From Candidatus Binatota bacterium (lineage in GTDB: Bacteria > Desulfobacterota > Binatia > UBA1149 > CAITLU01), in assembly GCA_024276575.1 (NCBI GenBank), contig JAJRWY010000312.1, positions 1,161-65,160 of the forward strand: 64,000 bases of DNA, written 5' to 3'. Within the stretch, counting starts at the first letter, position 1. Each line of letters begins with the position of its first letter. Under the pieces are notes generated by a model, which saw only the letters and a list, made by a program, of their open reading frames with translations, had not been told where the DNA came from and searched no databases. The translations under genes and the position numbers were made by a program. Positions 55,517-64,000 of this stretch are shown in pieces.

Positions 55517-56780
55517 GACGATTTTGCTTGTAGATGACGATGCCAAGGTTCGCGAATCGATACGTGGCGTTCTCGGAGATGAAGGCTATGAGGTCGTAAC
55601 TGCATCCAACGGCGTTCAGGCCATGGATGCGGTTGCGGTGCATAACCCCGATCTCATCTTGCTTGATTTGTGGATGCCGGAGATGGATGGCATCGAGTTC
55701 TTACAGCAGGCTGGGTCCGGGGACTCGGCGATTCCGGTGATCGTGATCTCGGGCCACGGCAACGTGGAAACGGCGGTCCGCGCGACCAAGCTTGGAGCCG
55801 TGGATTTCGTCGAGAAGCCGTTTTCCATCGACGGGCTTCTAGCGGCGGTAAACGGAGCCTTGAATCGTTTCTCCCCCGACGAAGGTGCCGCTAGCGTCGT
55901 GGCCGGGCAATTGCCTTCGGCCGGTGGCGCGACGGCTGGTGTCAGCCAGCGCACGTTGGCGCAAAGCGTGGTCGGTGGCGGACTCGGCTTACATAGCGGG
56001 GTGAGGACCGGATTGATCTTGCAGCCGATGCCGCCGGGGAGCGGGATAAGTTTTGCGAGTATAGCGGGCGAGGGCAAAGTGCTCGCACATGTGGACAACG
56101 TGGATTCCACCGGCTACGCGACCACACTGTTCGACAAGGGGACGGTTGCGCGAACGGTAGAACATCTCATGGCGACCCTGCACGCTTATGGGATCACCAA
56201 TCTGCTGGTGAAGATAGAAGGCGAAGTGCCGATTCTAGACGGCTCAGCGGCCGAACTCTGCCAGTTGATAGACTCGGTTGGTGTAGAAGACCAGCCCTCG
56301 GCCATCGCTCCCATAGTGATCGAGGAGGAAGTGCGCATAGACGCCGGTCCGGACGAATTCATCGTGATTCGTCCTCATGACGGTTTCGAAGTAACCTACG
56401 AACTTTCTTATCCGCCGCCGGTGGGGGAACAGAGTTACACATTTTGCTTCGAAGGAGCCGGGTCGTTTCGTTCGCAGATCGCTCCGGCGCGTACCTTCGG
56501 CTTTGTCGAGGAGATCCGCGCGTTGGAAGGAGCGGGGCTAGGCCAGGGAGGACAGCTGAGCAACTTTATACTGATCGGCGAGGGCAGGATCGTCAACACC
56601 GAATTACGCTTCCCCGAGGAACTCGCGCGCCACAAGATCCTTGATATCATGGGAGATTTCTATCTCCTCGGGGCACCGATACGAGGCTCGCTGCACGCGC
56701 GAAAAACCGGGCATTCGCAGAACATCGCGTTGATGCGATTGCTAAGCGAGGGCAGAGGGAGAAGCGCGTCGAGTCGTTGA
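55509..56780 (+). CDS. Response-regulator receiver domain fused to a UDP-3-O-acyl-N-acetylglucosamine deacetylase (LpxC) domain
   Basis: REC region has LLVDDD, the phospho-acceptor Asp in LILLDLWMPEMDG, and VISGHG...EKPF. The LpxC domain starts GGGLGLHSGVRTGLILQP. It carries TVEHLMATL (Glu/His), ARHKILDIMGDF (His/Asp zinc ligands), KTGHSQN (His) and ARTFGF. An 8-nt overlap with the kinase gene indicates translational coupling. Confidence 0.85.
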   Translation: MPETILLVDDDAKVRESIRGVLGDEGYEVVTASNGVQAMDAVAVHNPDLILLDLWMPEMDGIEFLQQAGSGDSAIPVIVISGHGNVETAVRATKLGAVDFVEKPFSIDGLLAAVNGALNRFSPDEGAASVVAGQLPSAGGATAGVSQRTLAQSVVGGGLGLHSGVRTGLILQPMPPGSGISFASIAGEGKVLAHVDNVDSTGYATTLFDKGTVARTVEHLMATLHAYGITNLLVKIEGEVPILDGSAAELCQLIDSVGVEDQPSAIAPIVIEEEVRIDAGPDEFIVIRPHDGFEVTYELSYPPPVGEQSYTFCFEGAGSFRSQIAPARTFGFVEEIRALEGAGLGQGGQLSNFILIGEGRIVNTELRFPEELARHKILDIMGDFYLLGAPIRGSLHARKTGHSQNIALMRLLSEGRGRSASSR

Positions 56781-56802
56781 GTCTCGCCGGCGAGACTCAA
56801 CG
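56775..56802. terminator. Perfect 28-nt palindrome (14-bp stem) between convergent genes; putative bidirectional terminator
   Basis: CGTTGAGTCTCGCCGGCGAGACTCAACG overlaps the REC-LpxC stop codon. There is no flanking T-tract. Confidence 0.45.
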
Positions 56803-56838
56803 TAGCCGCCCGTCGTGCGGCAAGCCTTAGCTGCATGT

Positions 56839-57639
56839 TTACTTGAGCCCTAGCAGGCGGGGTCTACCGAGGGGGCCGCTTAGACGGTAGCTGCGCCAGC
56901 CCTCTGTGTTCTCGGTGGCTTTGGGAAGCAGGCCGAGCAGGACCCGCGCTTTGGCCGAAGAGTCAGCGGCTCGCACCTTGAAATACAGATCTGTTTGGTA
57001 GCTACCGTCGTCCCTGCGCGAGATGTGGCCGCGGGTCAGATGCCATTGCAGGCCGGCGGCCCTAGCCTCTGCGGATTCGATCTCGAGCTTGCCGTTGCTC
57101 AACCGACCCTTGGCTGAAACCGCATCGAACTCCCATTCGCCGATGGCCATGCCCGCCTTGCTGATGCCGCGCCCGTCCGCGTTGGCGAGCGGCAGGTGCC
57201 CGCTCACGCTGCCATCATTTGCTTCGAGCTCCATACTGCCGTTTCCGTCCGTTACGTCGATTCGTGCGTTGAAGTCGCCGCTTAGAGAAAGAAACCCCAA
57301 GCGAACGCACTTGGCGGGGTCGCCGTCAAGCAAGCGCAGTTGGAAATCGTCGGGGCCCGTAAAGTTACCCTCGATCGACCCTCCGCAGTAATCGGTGTGG
57401 AAACCTCCGAACAGTCCCAGGTATGCCGACTGAAGGTTCAATTCATAACCGTCTTTGGCAAGCCGTAGCCCACCTACTCTATAACCGAAGGGAAACGCCG
57501 GCCGTGCCGAAAGCAGCGATACTTGAACACCGCGTGGTGAAAGGCCCGCACGCAGTACGCTGGCGAGAAGACGCTCGTGCGGAAAGGTGACGGCTGCGAA
57601 AAGCGCCAGCAGGGCCGCGAACACCAGCAAGCGTTTCAT
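56839..57639 (-). CDS. gspN: Type II secretion system protein N-like (GspN)
   Basis: N-terminal signal-anchor MKRLLVFAALLALFAAV. About 260 aa. Sits at the distal end of the gspG-M cluster. Confidence 0.5.
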   Translation of the reverse strand: MKRLLVFAALLALFAAVTFPHERLLASVLRAGLSPRGVQVSLLSARPAFPFGYRVGGLRLAKDGYELNLQSAYLGLFGGFHTDYCGGSIEGNFTGPDDFQLRLLDGDPAKCVRLGFLSLSGDFNARIDVTDGNGSMELEANDGSVSGHLPLANADGRGISKAGMAIGEWEFDAVSAKGRLSNGKLEIESAEARAAGLQWHLTRGHISRRDDGSYQTDLYFKVRAADSSAKARVLLGLLPKATENTEGWRSYRLSGPLGRPRLLGLK

Positions 57640-58193
57640 GTCTTGGACAGCGTTGCGGCCAGCAGTACCAGGTCGAAGCGATCGCGGTCGTCGTAGCGCT
57701 TCTTCATGTCGAGCCTTCGAACGTCGATCGGCCTTTCCGCGTTCTCGATGCGCTTGAGCAGTGCCACGATCTCGGCCAATGACACTTGAGACAGCTTGAT
57801 CTCGACGGTGCTCTCCAAAGTTCCATCCTCGAGTTCCCGGCGGCTAGGATTCATCGACGCTACGCTTTCGGCGCTGACGGCCGCCGCAGTGGCTTTGTCC
57901 ATGAAAGAGAATAGTGAGAAATTCTTCGCGTCTTTCTCCGCTCCGGGCTTGCGCGCGGTGGCACCGGATTGTGCGACTCTGATCTGGCCGGCGAGTATCT
58001 TCATCTCGGCTAGGTCTCTGCGTAAAGAGGCAATCTCGGCCTCTATGCGGCGGCGTCCGGCAGTCAGGGGTTGTATGACCAGCGAGTAGGCTACGACCGC
58101 GGCGACGATAGTGCCGAGTATTGCCAACAAGCGCTGTTCCCGGGGACTGAGACGGGCAAGAATCGCGCCCAGCTTGCGCAGAAGTTCGTTCAT
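57636..58193 (-). CDS. gspM: Type II secretion system protein M
   Basis: Short cytoplasmic N-terminus, a single TM helix (LLAILGTIVAAVVAYSLVIQPL) and a periplasmic domain. Located between gspL and gspN. Confidence 0.7.
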   Translation of the reverse strand: MNELLRKLGAILARLSPREQRLLAILGTIVAAVVAYSLVIQPLTAGRRRIEAEIASLRRDLAEMKILAGQIRVAQSGATARKPGAEKDAKNFSLFSFMDKATAAAVSAESVASMNPSRRELEDGTLESTVEIKLSQVSLAEIVALLKRIENAERPIDVRRLDMKKRYDDRDRFDLVLLAATLSKT

Positions 58194-59587
58194 CCCTTAG
58201 CGCCTCCACGGAGCGAAGCGGAGCCCAAGGGCTCGAGCAGAAGTTGGAATGCGACGCCGTTGCCGCCGGCTGCCGCGTGTACGTCTTTGACCTCCACTTC
58301 TCCGAAGTGGCCGCTGTCGATCAGCGCTTGTTGCAACAGAGTGACGGCTTCGAAGGAGGCCCCGTTTCCGTTGAGCCTTACATTGTTGCCGCTCACGTAG
58401 AATCCGTCGAACTCGACATCCACATCCTTTGGAACGGCTTGAGACATGAGTGCCAGCACCGTTAGGGGTGTTACTGAAGCGCCGCCCGGGGTTGCCCTTG
58501 CGCCGTTGAGTTCGCGCAGCCGCATCTCCATTTTCAGCCGTGCGCCCTTGCCCTGGCGCATTCCGGGCATTGCCTTGGCGAACACGGCCTCGCTTTGTTT
58601 GCGCAGTTCGGCTCTTTCGGAAGCAAGCCGTACATAGCTGACAGTCGAGGCGAGCAGGGCCAGGCCTAGCGCAGTACCCGCCCAGGGCAATAAAGGCCTG
58701 AGTTCGCTCGATAACTCCGACCAGCGGCCGAAGGTTCCCGAACGCCGTGGCGAAAAATCAAGTAGCGGGGAAGCGATGCCGCCGGTGGCGGCGAACAGTA
58801 GCCCGACCGCCGGCGCACAAGTTCTCCAACGAGCGTCGTCCACACCTTCTAGCGGGCAGCGCTCCGGCAGTTGTTCGATGCTGAAGTGATCGCCGTCACG
58901 ATTCAGATTCTGCGCGATGGCTGCCGCACGCGGCCCTCCCAGCACTATACGCCGGGGGCAGGTCTTCATGCTACGCAGCGCGTACAGCACGTTCCTCGAA
59001 AGTAGAGCGTCGTCACAGGCGCCTATAACGCGCAGGTCCAGCAGTGCTTCCCCACCGAGAACTCCGATGGTAGCGCCGTCGACGGATGCGTCGACAATGG
59101 CTACAGTGCCTTTGTCTTCGTAACTGATTGAGCGGCGATAAATCTCCAAGGTTGCACAAGGAGCCCAGACTATGCGGTCCGCGGACAGCCCCCACTCGGA
59201 AAGACGATTCCCGAGCTTCTCGATGGCCGAGTTCGCGGCCATGGCCGCCAGTACCGGACCTCTGCGGCGGGAGTCGGTAAAGTCGTAGGCGGTAGTGGCT
59301 TCATCGAGCGAAAGCGGGACATGCTCCTCGAGCGCCGGTCCGACGGCTTGTCCCAGCCTCCTGCGGTCGCGGAAGGGGAGGTCGAGGAAGCGGTACAGCG
59401 CTGTTTCAGCCGGCAAGGTGGCGATGACACGGTCCCACGAGTCTTTGCAGAACTCTGGTATCGCCGCGTTGCCGTCGAACTCGGCGTCGCTCAGGGAAAG
59501 CAGCTTGAACGAGCCGATGGTGGCTTCGGCTCTGGCTGCGCACAGCCTCCGGCTGCTCAGGTGTAGGGCAAGTATCTTGGTGCTCAC
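58190..59587 (-). CDS. gspL: Type II secretion system protein L
   Basis: GspL-like cytoplasmic actin-like domain, a central TM helix (LLPWAGTALGLALLASTV) and a periplasmic domain. GTG start chosen at 59585-59587. Confidence 0.6.
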   Translation of the reverse strand: MSTKILALHLSSRRLCAARAEATIGSFKLLSLSDAEFDGNAAIPEFCKDSWDRVIATLPAETALYRFLDLPFRDRRRLGQAVGPALEEHVPLSLDEATTAYDFTDSRRRGPVLAAMAANSAIEKLGNRLSEWGLSADRIVWAPCATLEIYRRSISYEDKGTVAIVDASVDGATIGVLGGEALLDLRVIGACDDALLSRNVLYALRSMKTCPRRIVLGGPRAAAIAQNLNRDGDHFSIEQLPERCPLEGVDDARWRTCAPAVGLLFAATGGIASPLLDFSPRRSGTFGRWSELSSELRPLLPWAGTALGLALLASTVSYVRLASERAELRKQSEAVFAKAMPGMRQGKGARLKMEMRLRELNGARATPGGASVTPLTVLALMSQAVPKDVDVEFDGFYVSGNNVRLNGNGASFEAVTLLQQALIDSGHFGEVEVKDVHAAAGGNGVAFQLLLEPLGSASLRGGAKG

Positions 59588-59600
59588 TCCGCTTGCGTTC

Positions 59601-60650
59601 CTATGGAGCCGGCTTTCCGCCGGAGCCGAAAAGGCGCGGCCCGAGATCGGCAAACCGTGCCGGTGCCGAATCGTCGATGTCGGCTATGTTGGGCCCCCGC
59701 CTCGGCAGAAAATAGACTACATGTATTTCGTCCAAATCGCGATAAAGCACGGCCTCCACCGATTGGAATACGCCGTCAACTTCGCCGCTAGACAGCACTC
59801 GGAAGTAACTACTGCTGTATCGAAACATCTTGTCCAGCTTGCTCTTGCTGCGGAATGCGGTCTTCCAACCCTCGAGTTCGAGCAGCATCTGCGAGTTTCG
59901 TATCGGTGTTTGCTCGCGGTAGGCCAGGAGAGTGCCGACCAGCACACCGTCACGCAAGGCCGGGTCCAAGGCTTCGAGCACTGCGGCCGGCGCCGTATTG
60001 GGATTGATCTTGTCCTGGGTTTCCGGAAGCACCGTACACAGTGGGCGCAGGGCACTCAGGCGGTGAGTGTCGAATCCGCGGATGAGGGCGAGTTCGGCGA
60101 AGCTGCGCAAGGCGGAGTTTCTCGGTGGGTAAGGCACGCCGATACTTTGATAGTAGTCGCGCTCGGCGCCCACAGGATCGCTGCTTACCGCGTTGTTGCG
60201 GTCGAGCCAATCCGCCAACGCAGCGGCAAGCTCAGGTTCGAATTCGAGCTGGGCCAGAATCTCCATGAAACGCCGGCCGTTCGTCGAATGGACACCCGAA
60301 CCCAGTAGATTCAGGTTGAAGCGTGCGTTTTCGTCACTGATACGCAGGAAGATGGTGCCGTCCTCGCTCTGTATGGGAGGTAGCGGAGCGGCCCACAGTT
60401 CACTCAGTGCATCCACCGTCGACATGCGAGCGTCGAGCCTCAGTATCTCCGAGGCCAGTTCGATTCCCGATTCGGCCAGTAGCGCGGCACGCCTTGCCTT
60501 GAGCCAGTGGGCGGTGCGACGGTAGTCGACCTGGGCATCGTAGGTGAACTCGATCACCAGCAAGGTCAGTAGCGACATTGCCACCAATGTCATCAGCAGT
60601 GCGATCCCACGCTGGCTCCTGTTCGCGGCCGCCCCGCAGCAGCGTGTCAT
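59601..60650 (-). CDS. gspK: Type II secretion system minor pseudopilin K
   Basis: Prepilin-like N-terminus RGIALLMTLVAMSLLTLLVIEF followed by the large GspK domain. Confidence 0.75.
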   Translation of the reverse strand: MTRCCGAAANRSQRGIALLMTLVAMSLLTLLVIEFTYDAQVDYRRTAHWLKARRAALLAESGIELASEILRLDARMSTVDALSELWAAPLPPIQSEDGTIFLRISDENARFNLNLLGSGVHSTNGRRFMEILAQLEFEPELAAALADWLDRNNAVSSDPVGAERDYYQSIGVPYPPRNSALRSFAELALIRGFDTHRLSALRPLCTVLPETQDKINPNTAPAAVLEALDPALRDGVLVGTLLAYREQTPIRNSQMLLELEGWKTAFRSKSKLDKMFRYSSSYFRVLSSGEVDGVFQSVEAVLYRDLDEIHVVYFLPRRGPNIADIDDSAPARFADLGPRLFGSGGKPAP

Positions 60651-61357
60651 CGCGTTCCCGTTTCCGCAGCCAGCGGCAGCAGTACCGCAGAGGTCAACTC
60701 TACTGCGGGACCTTCTTCCGCCGTTACCGCAACGGTAGTTTCGACCAGGGCCGGTGCAATATCTTTGTCGGCTCCGGGGCCTACCGAATCCCACTGCTCG
60801 AGCCACCGCTTGCGGTTGTAGAAACGAAGACTGAGTTCCGTTACCGAATCATCGAGCAACACACCCGGTGTCTCCTCAAAATCCACTTCTTCCCGCAACG
60901 GAGGCCGGATTTCGTAGCGCCATAGTTGGGTCCGGTCTTGAATTCTATAGACGACGCGGACCTGGTCGCCCCTGGCCGGACCGGCCCAGGACGCCTCGAT
61001 AGGAGCTTCGGGCGAAGGCACACCGCGTGCCGAGAGGCAGGTAAAATCCAGTACAGTGGCGCTATCGGAAGATAGTTCGAAGCGGTCCGGACCTGGGTAG
61101 AAGAATCGTTTGAGATCCCTGTTGTAATCCTGGGTCATGAAAGAAGCCCGCAGGTCTCTTTCGATGATGTCGATCAACGTACGTGCCCTCGAGTAGGCTT
61201 CGCTACGTTGGCCGACGTATCTGCGCGTGGAAACCGTGCGTGTGAAGGTGCCGTAGAGTCCGGCCGCGAGTAGTGCGAAGATCGCCATGGCTACGGTGAG
61301 TTCGAGCAAGGTCATGCCCCGTTGCCGCTGCTCGGCGCTGTAGGCTACGGCAGCCAT
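60647..61357 (-). CDS. gspJ: Type II secretion system minor pseudopilin J
   Basis: Prepilin N-terminus QRQRG|MTLLELTVAMAIFALLAAGLY. The ATG overlaps the gspI stop (ATGA). Confidence 0.75.
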   Translation of the reverse strand: MAAVAYSAEQRQRGMTLLELTVAMAIFALLAAGLYGTFTRTVSTRRYVGQRSEAYSRARTLIDIIERDLRASFMTQDYNRDLKRFFYPGPDRFELSSDSATVLDFTCLSARGVPSPEAPIEASWAGPARGDQVRVVYRIQDRTQLWRYEIRPPLREEVDFEETPGVLLDDSVTELSLRFYNRKRWLEQWDSVGPGADKDIAPALVETTVAVTAEEGPAVELTSAVLLPLAAETGTR

Positions 61358-61767
61358 CAATAGGACTGTTGCCTCATCACAACGGCCATGGTCGCCAGCA
61401 CTTGCGGGTCGCCGCTTCTCGATACACTTACCCGCACGCGCCGTAGCGTTTCGATGGCAGTGGGCATGACTTCGCGTGTCCATACGAAATCTTCACTGCC
61501 GGCTCCTCCGTAGCGAAGGTCCGAGGTCCCGAAGAGATCCTTGTCGCTGCTGAAGCGCCCGTGTTCAATACCGAGTTCCGGATACTCGTCTACTCGCGTC
61601 ATTGTGATCAAATGAGAGGCCAGCAAGCCGGCGCGGGTCAAGTCCAGTGTTTCGGCACTGAGCCTTATGTTGCGAGCGTGCAAGCCCAGCAGGCTTACGA
61701 TTGCGATTCCCAACAGCGCGGTTGCGATCAGAACCTCGAGCAGCGTAAACCCACGGCGATCAGCCAT
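61357..61767 (-). CDS. gspI: Type II secretion system minor pseudopilin I
   Basis: Prepilin N-terminus RRGFTLLEVLIATALLGIAIVSLLGL. Confidence 0.8.
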   Translation of the reverse strand: MADRRGFTLLEVLIATALLGIAIVSLLGLHARNIRLSAETLDLTRAGLLASHLITMTRVDEYPELGIEHGRFSSDKDLFGTSDLRYGGAGSEDFVWTREVMPTAIETLRRVRVSVSRSGDPQVLATMAVVMRQQSY

Positions 61768-62344
61768 TGCCGTTCTCCAGGCCGGAGACTGTCACTTTCC
61801 CGTTCATCATGTTTATCGCGATGTGTTTGCGTTCACCGTTATCGGCCACCACGTCGAAGCTCCACTCGCCGAAGCCGCCTTCGGGTAGGAAGTAGAGATC
61901 GGCCAAGCCGCTATAGCTCGTCCCTTCCGCACCGGCGAAAGAGTCGAATTCGACCCCCGCCGGGAACTGCAGCGGTTCTGAGTATGGGTCCCATACTTGA
62001 CGAAATCCAGGATCCTCGCCGACGCTGGAGTCGCTATCTGCCGGCTCGGCGGAAGCCGTCCGGTCCTGTTGCCCGGTTTGCTCGAAAGGAAGGAATACAC
62101 TTACCGTATAGAAGTCGCGATCGAGATCCGCCCGCAGCCTATAGACCCGGCCGCGAAGCGCCGCCTCGTCGTAGAGATAAGAGATCTGTGCAGCTAGGCG
62201 CCGGGTGGTGGACTTGAGCCGCGAAGAACCGAGTTCCGGAAAACGCGGCGCGACCACCGACAAAAGAATGCCGATTATCACGATGACTAGGGTCACCTCT
62301 ATCAGGGTAAACCCCGCTCGTGGGTTACGGTTACATGCGGCCAT
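61760..62344 (-). CDS. gspH: Type II secretion system pseudopilin H
   Basis: Prepilin N-terminus RAGFTLIEVTLVIVIIGILLSVVAP. Confidence 0.75.
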   Translation of the reverse strand: MAACNRNPRAGFTLIEVTLVIVIIGILLSVVAPRFPELGSSRLKSTTRRLAAQISYLYDEAALRGRVYRLRADLDRDFYTVSVFLPFEQTGQQDRTASAEPADSDSSVGEDPGFRQVWDPYSEPLQFPAGVEFDSFAGAEGTSYSGLADLYFLPEGGFGEWSFDVVADNGERKHIAINMMNGKVTVSGLENGNG

Positions 62345-62403
62345 ACCGGCTTTTTTCGATTCGTGATTGAGCGGCCGCGGGCCTGGCACTGAACTATCCT
62401 TGG

Positions 62404-62859
62404 CTAGAAATCTCGCGAGTCGATATCCGCGTCGAAATCTTCGCCCCCTTCTTCGCCGTCGGCACCGAGACTTCTGAGGACGTAAGTCTTTCCGTCACTT
62501 GCGAACAAGAATTCACCACCCCAGGGGTCGATGGGCACCCGCTCCATATAGCCGCCTTTGCGCCAGTTACGCGGCAGTGGCGCGATTTCCGGTTCGGTCA
62601 CCAAGGCTTCGAGCCCCTGGGCCGTGGTCGGGTATATGCCCGAGTCCAGCTTGTACATTTGCAGGCCTTCTTCCAGCGCGCGTATGTCGGCTTGCGCCTT
62701 TACCACCCTGGCTTCATCGGTCCGGCTTATGAAGCGAGGCGCAGCCAGAGATATAAGGAGTCCGAGAATCAGTACGACCACCAGGATCTCAATGAGCGTG
62801 AAGCCCGCTTCGCCTGTACGGCGGCCAGACCCGAACGGTAGCAACGTCTTTTTGTCCAT
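62404..62859 (-). CDS. gspG: Type II secretion system major pseudopilin G
   Basis: Prepilin N-terminus GEAGFTLIEILVVVLILGLLISLAAPRF, and the T2SS pseudopilin core KAQADIRALEEGLQMYKLDSGIYPTT. Confidence 0.88.
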   Translation of the reverse strand: MDKKTLLPFGSGRRTGEAGFTLIEILVVVLILGLLISLAAPRFISRTDEARVVKAQADIRALEEGLQMYKLDSGIYPTTAQGLEALVTEPEIAPLPRNWRKGGYMERVPIDPWGGEFLFASDGKTYVLRSLGADGEEGGEDFDADIDSRDF

Positions 62860-62918
62860 GCGGCAAAAACCCCGGCGACAGGAAAATCTTGTGTAGCAAA
62901 AAAACACGATGGTAAATC

Positions 62919-64000
62919 CTAACGAACCAATTGGTTCATCTCAAAAACCGGAAGCATGATGGCGAGCAACACAAACAGAACCACTCCAGCCATCAGCACT
63001 ATCATCGCCGGTTCGGCCAGCCTTGCAAGTGTGTCGATCTGCTCCCCGACTTCTTCGTCGAGAGCTTCGGCCGCTTTGGCGAGCATTCCTTCGAGGTCGC
63101 CGCTACGCTCTCCGACCGCCAGCATGTCCACTATCATAGGGTGAAAAAGTGGGTTGCCTTCGAGGTGCTCAGCCAGTGACTCTCCTTCGGATACTGCCGT
63201 TTCTGCGCGTGCGAGCGCGTCATTGACCAGTAGGCTGCCCGAAGCGCTGCGGCTTATGCGTAAGGCGTCTACCAGGGTGAGGCCGCCCGAGACCATAGTG
63301 GATAAGGTTTGCGCGAATCGCGCTACCGCAAGGTCGCGGAACAGGCCACCCGCAACCGGTGTGGCCAGCAACAGGCTTTCGAAGCGGCGGCGCCCTTCGT
63401 CTCTGGACACCGCGACTCGAATTCCCGCCAGCAACGCCAGCAAGCCCAGGAACATGACCGCTCCGTAGTTGCCCACCGCCGAGCCTGCGGCCATCAACAT
63501 GCGCGTGGGTAGCGGCAACTGCTGGTTGGCTTCGGCAAAAACGCGGGTTACCTGTGGAACCACATAGGCGAGCAAAAACAGAACGATGCCACCGCCGACC
63601 AGGGACATGATGGCGGGGTATGTCATTGCCGCCCGTGCGCGCGACTGGAGCCGGGCGCTGGCTTCTGCGTGGTCGGCGATGCGTTCACACACGGAATCGA
63701 GAGCGCCGCTGGCCTCGCCGGCCTCGACCATTGCCACGTAGATTGCCGGGAACACTGACGGATGTCGCGCGAGCCCCGCGGCGAAGCTTTCACCTTCCAG
63801 TAGCCGTACGCGGATGTTGTCGAGTGCGGCTCCCAGGCGCGCTTCCACTCCGCGTTTGCGGATCGAAGCCACAGCCTCGACCAATGGTACACCGGCACGT
63901 AGCAGCGTCGCCAACTGCCGCATTGCCCGCGAGAGAACGCGTGGGGAGATGCGCCTCGAGAACAACGTCAATGGGTGGTTGAAGAGCGATCGATCGCTCT
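62919..64000 (-). CDS. gspF: Type II secretion system inner-membrane platform protein F; the gene's 5' end lies beyond the window edge
   Basis: GspF/PilC-family domain (LATLLRAGVPLVEAV... repeated unit). The reading frame stays open to position 64000 upstream of the first Met. Confidence 0.8.
   Translation of the reverse strand, partial: SDRSLFNHPLTLFSRRISPRVLSRAMRQLATLLRAGVPLVEAVASIRKRGVEARLGAALDNIRVRLLEGESFAAGLARHPSVFPAIYVAMVEAGEASGALDSVCERIADHAEASARLQSRARAAMTYPAIMSLVGGGIVLFLLAYVVPQVTRVFAEANQQLPLPTRMLMAAGSAVGNYGAVMFLGLLALLAGIRVAVSRDEGRRRFESLLLATPVAGGLFRDLAVARFAQTLSTMVSGGLTLVDALRISRSASGSLLVNDALARAETAVSEGESLAEHLEGNPLFHPMIVDMLAVGERSGDLEGMLAKAAEALDEEVGEQIDTLARLAEPAMIVLMAGVVLFVLLAIMLPVFEMNQLVR

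Noticed and set aside
1-64000. CRISPR arrays, rRNA/tRNA genes, transposases/integrases, phage genes
   Set aside because: No regularly spaced repeats were seen. The intergenic gaps are short and show no cloverleaf or rRNA-like sequence. No transposase-like or integrase-like ORFs were found.

Overview
This is a dense, high-GC (about 65%) bacterial chromosomal segment with genes on both strands; the gene content suggests a delta-proteobacterial/Desulfobacterota-like organism, though that is not certain. Most of it is core housekeeping. The window opens with a 5'-truncated class A PBP, then tsaD, rsmA, mutM, orphan DppABC-like ABC components split by a YihY/BrkB gene, and an MltD-like LysM lytic transglycosylase. 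A haem/sirohaem cluster follows (sirC, ccsA-like, hemA, hemC, cobA-hemD fusion, hemB), then an M48/TPR protease, hisC, a GldA/F/G-like ABC-2 system with DUF4340, polA, and an ECF sigma/ZAS anti-sigma operon. Further on are a PTP-like phosphatase, a BamD-like lipoprotein, a tandem ArsA/GET3-like ATPase pair, the conserved rplU-rpmA-obg-proB-proA-nadD-rsfS block, cutA, rlpA, and yebC-ruvCAB. The window closes with a type II secretion cluster gspN-M-L-K-J-I-H-G-F on the minus strand, gspF running off the end. Two loci stand out. The first is a minus-strand operon (about 31.7-35.96 kb) for protein-thiocarboxylate sulfur-amino-acid biosynthesis: a ThiF/MoeB E1, a threonine-synthase-family PLP enzyme, a MoaD/ThiS-like sulfur carrier with a 21-aa tail after its GG, a CysK/CysM-type synthase, a stand-alone NIL domain and a degenerate ThiF-like ORF. 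A recognisable SAM-I riboswitch with a terminator sits directly upstream. The second is an NtrY-like sensor kinase translationally coupled to a receiver domain fused to an apparently catalytically intact LpxC domain (53.3-56.8 kb). No rRNA, tRNA, CRISPR or obvious mobile elements were seen. Coordinates rest on manual translation and motif recognition, so starts are approximate.
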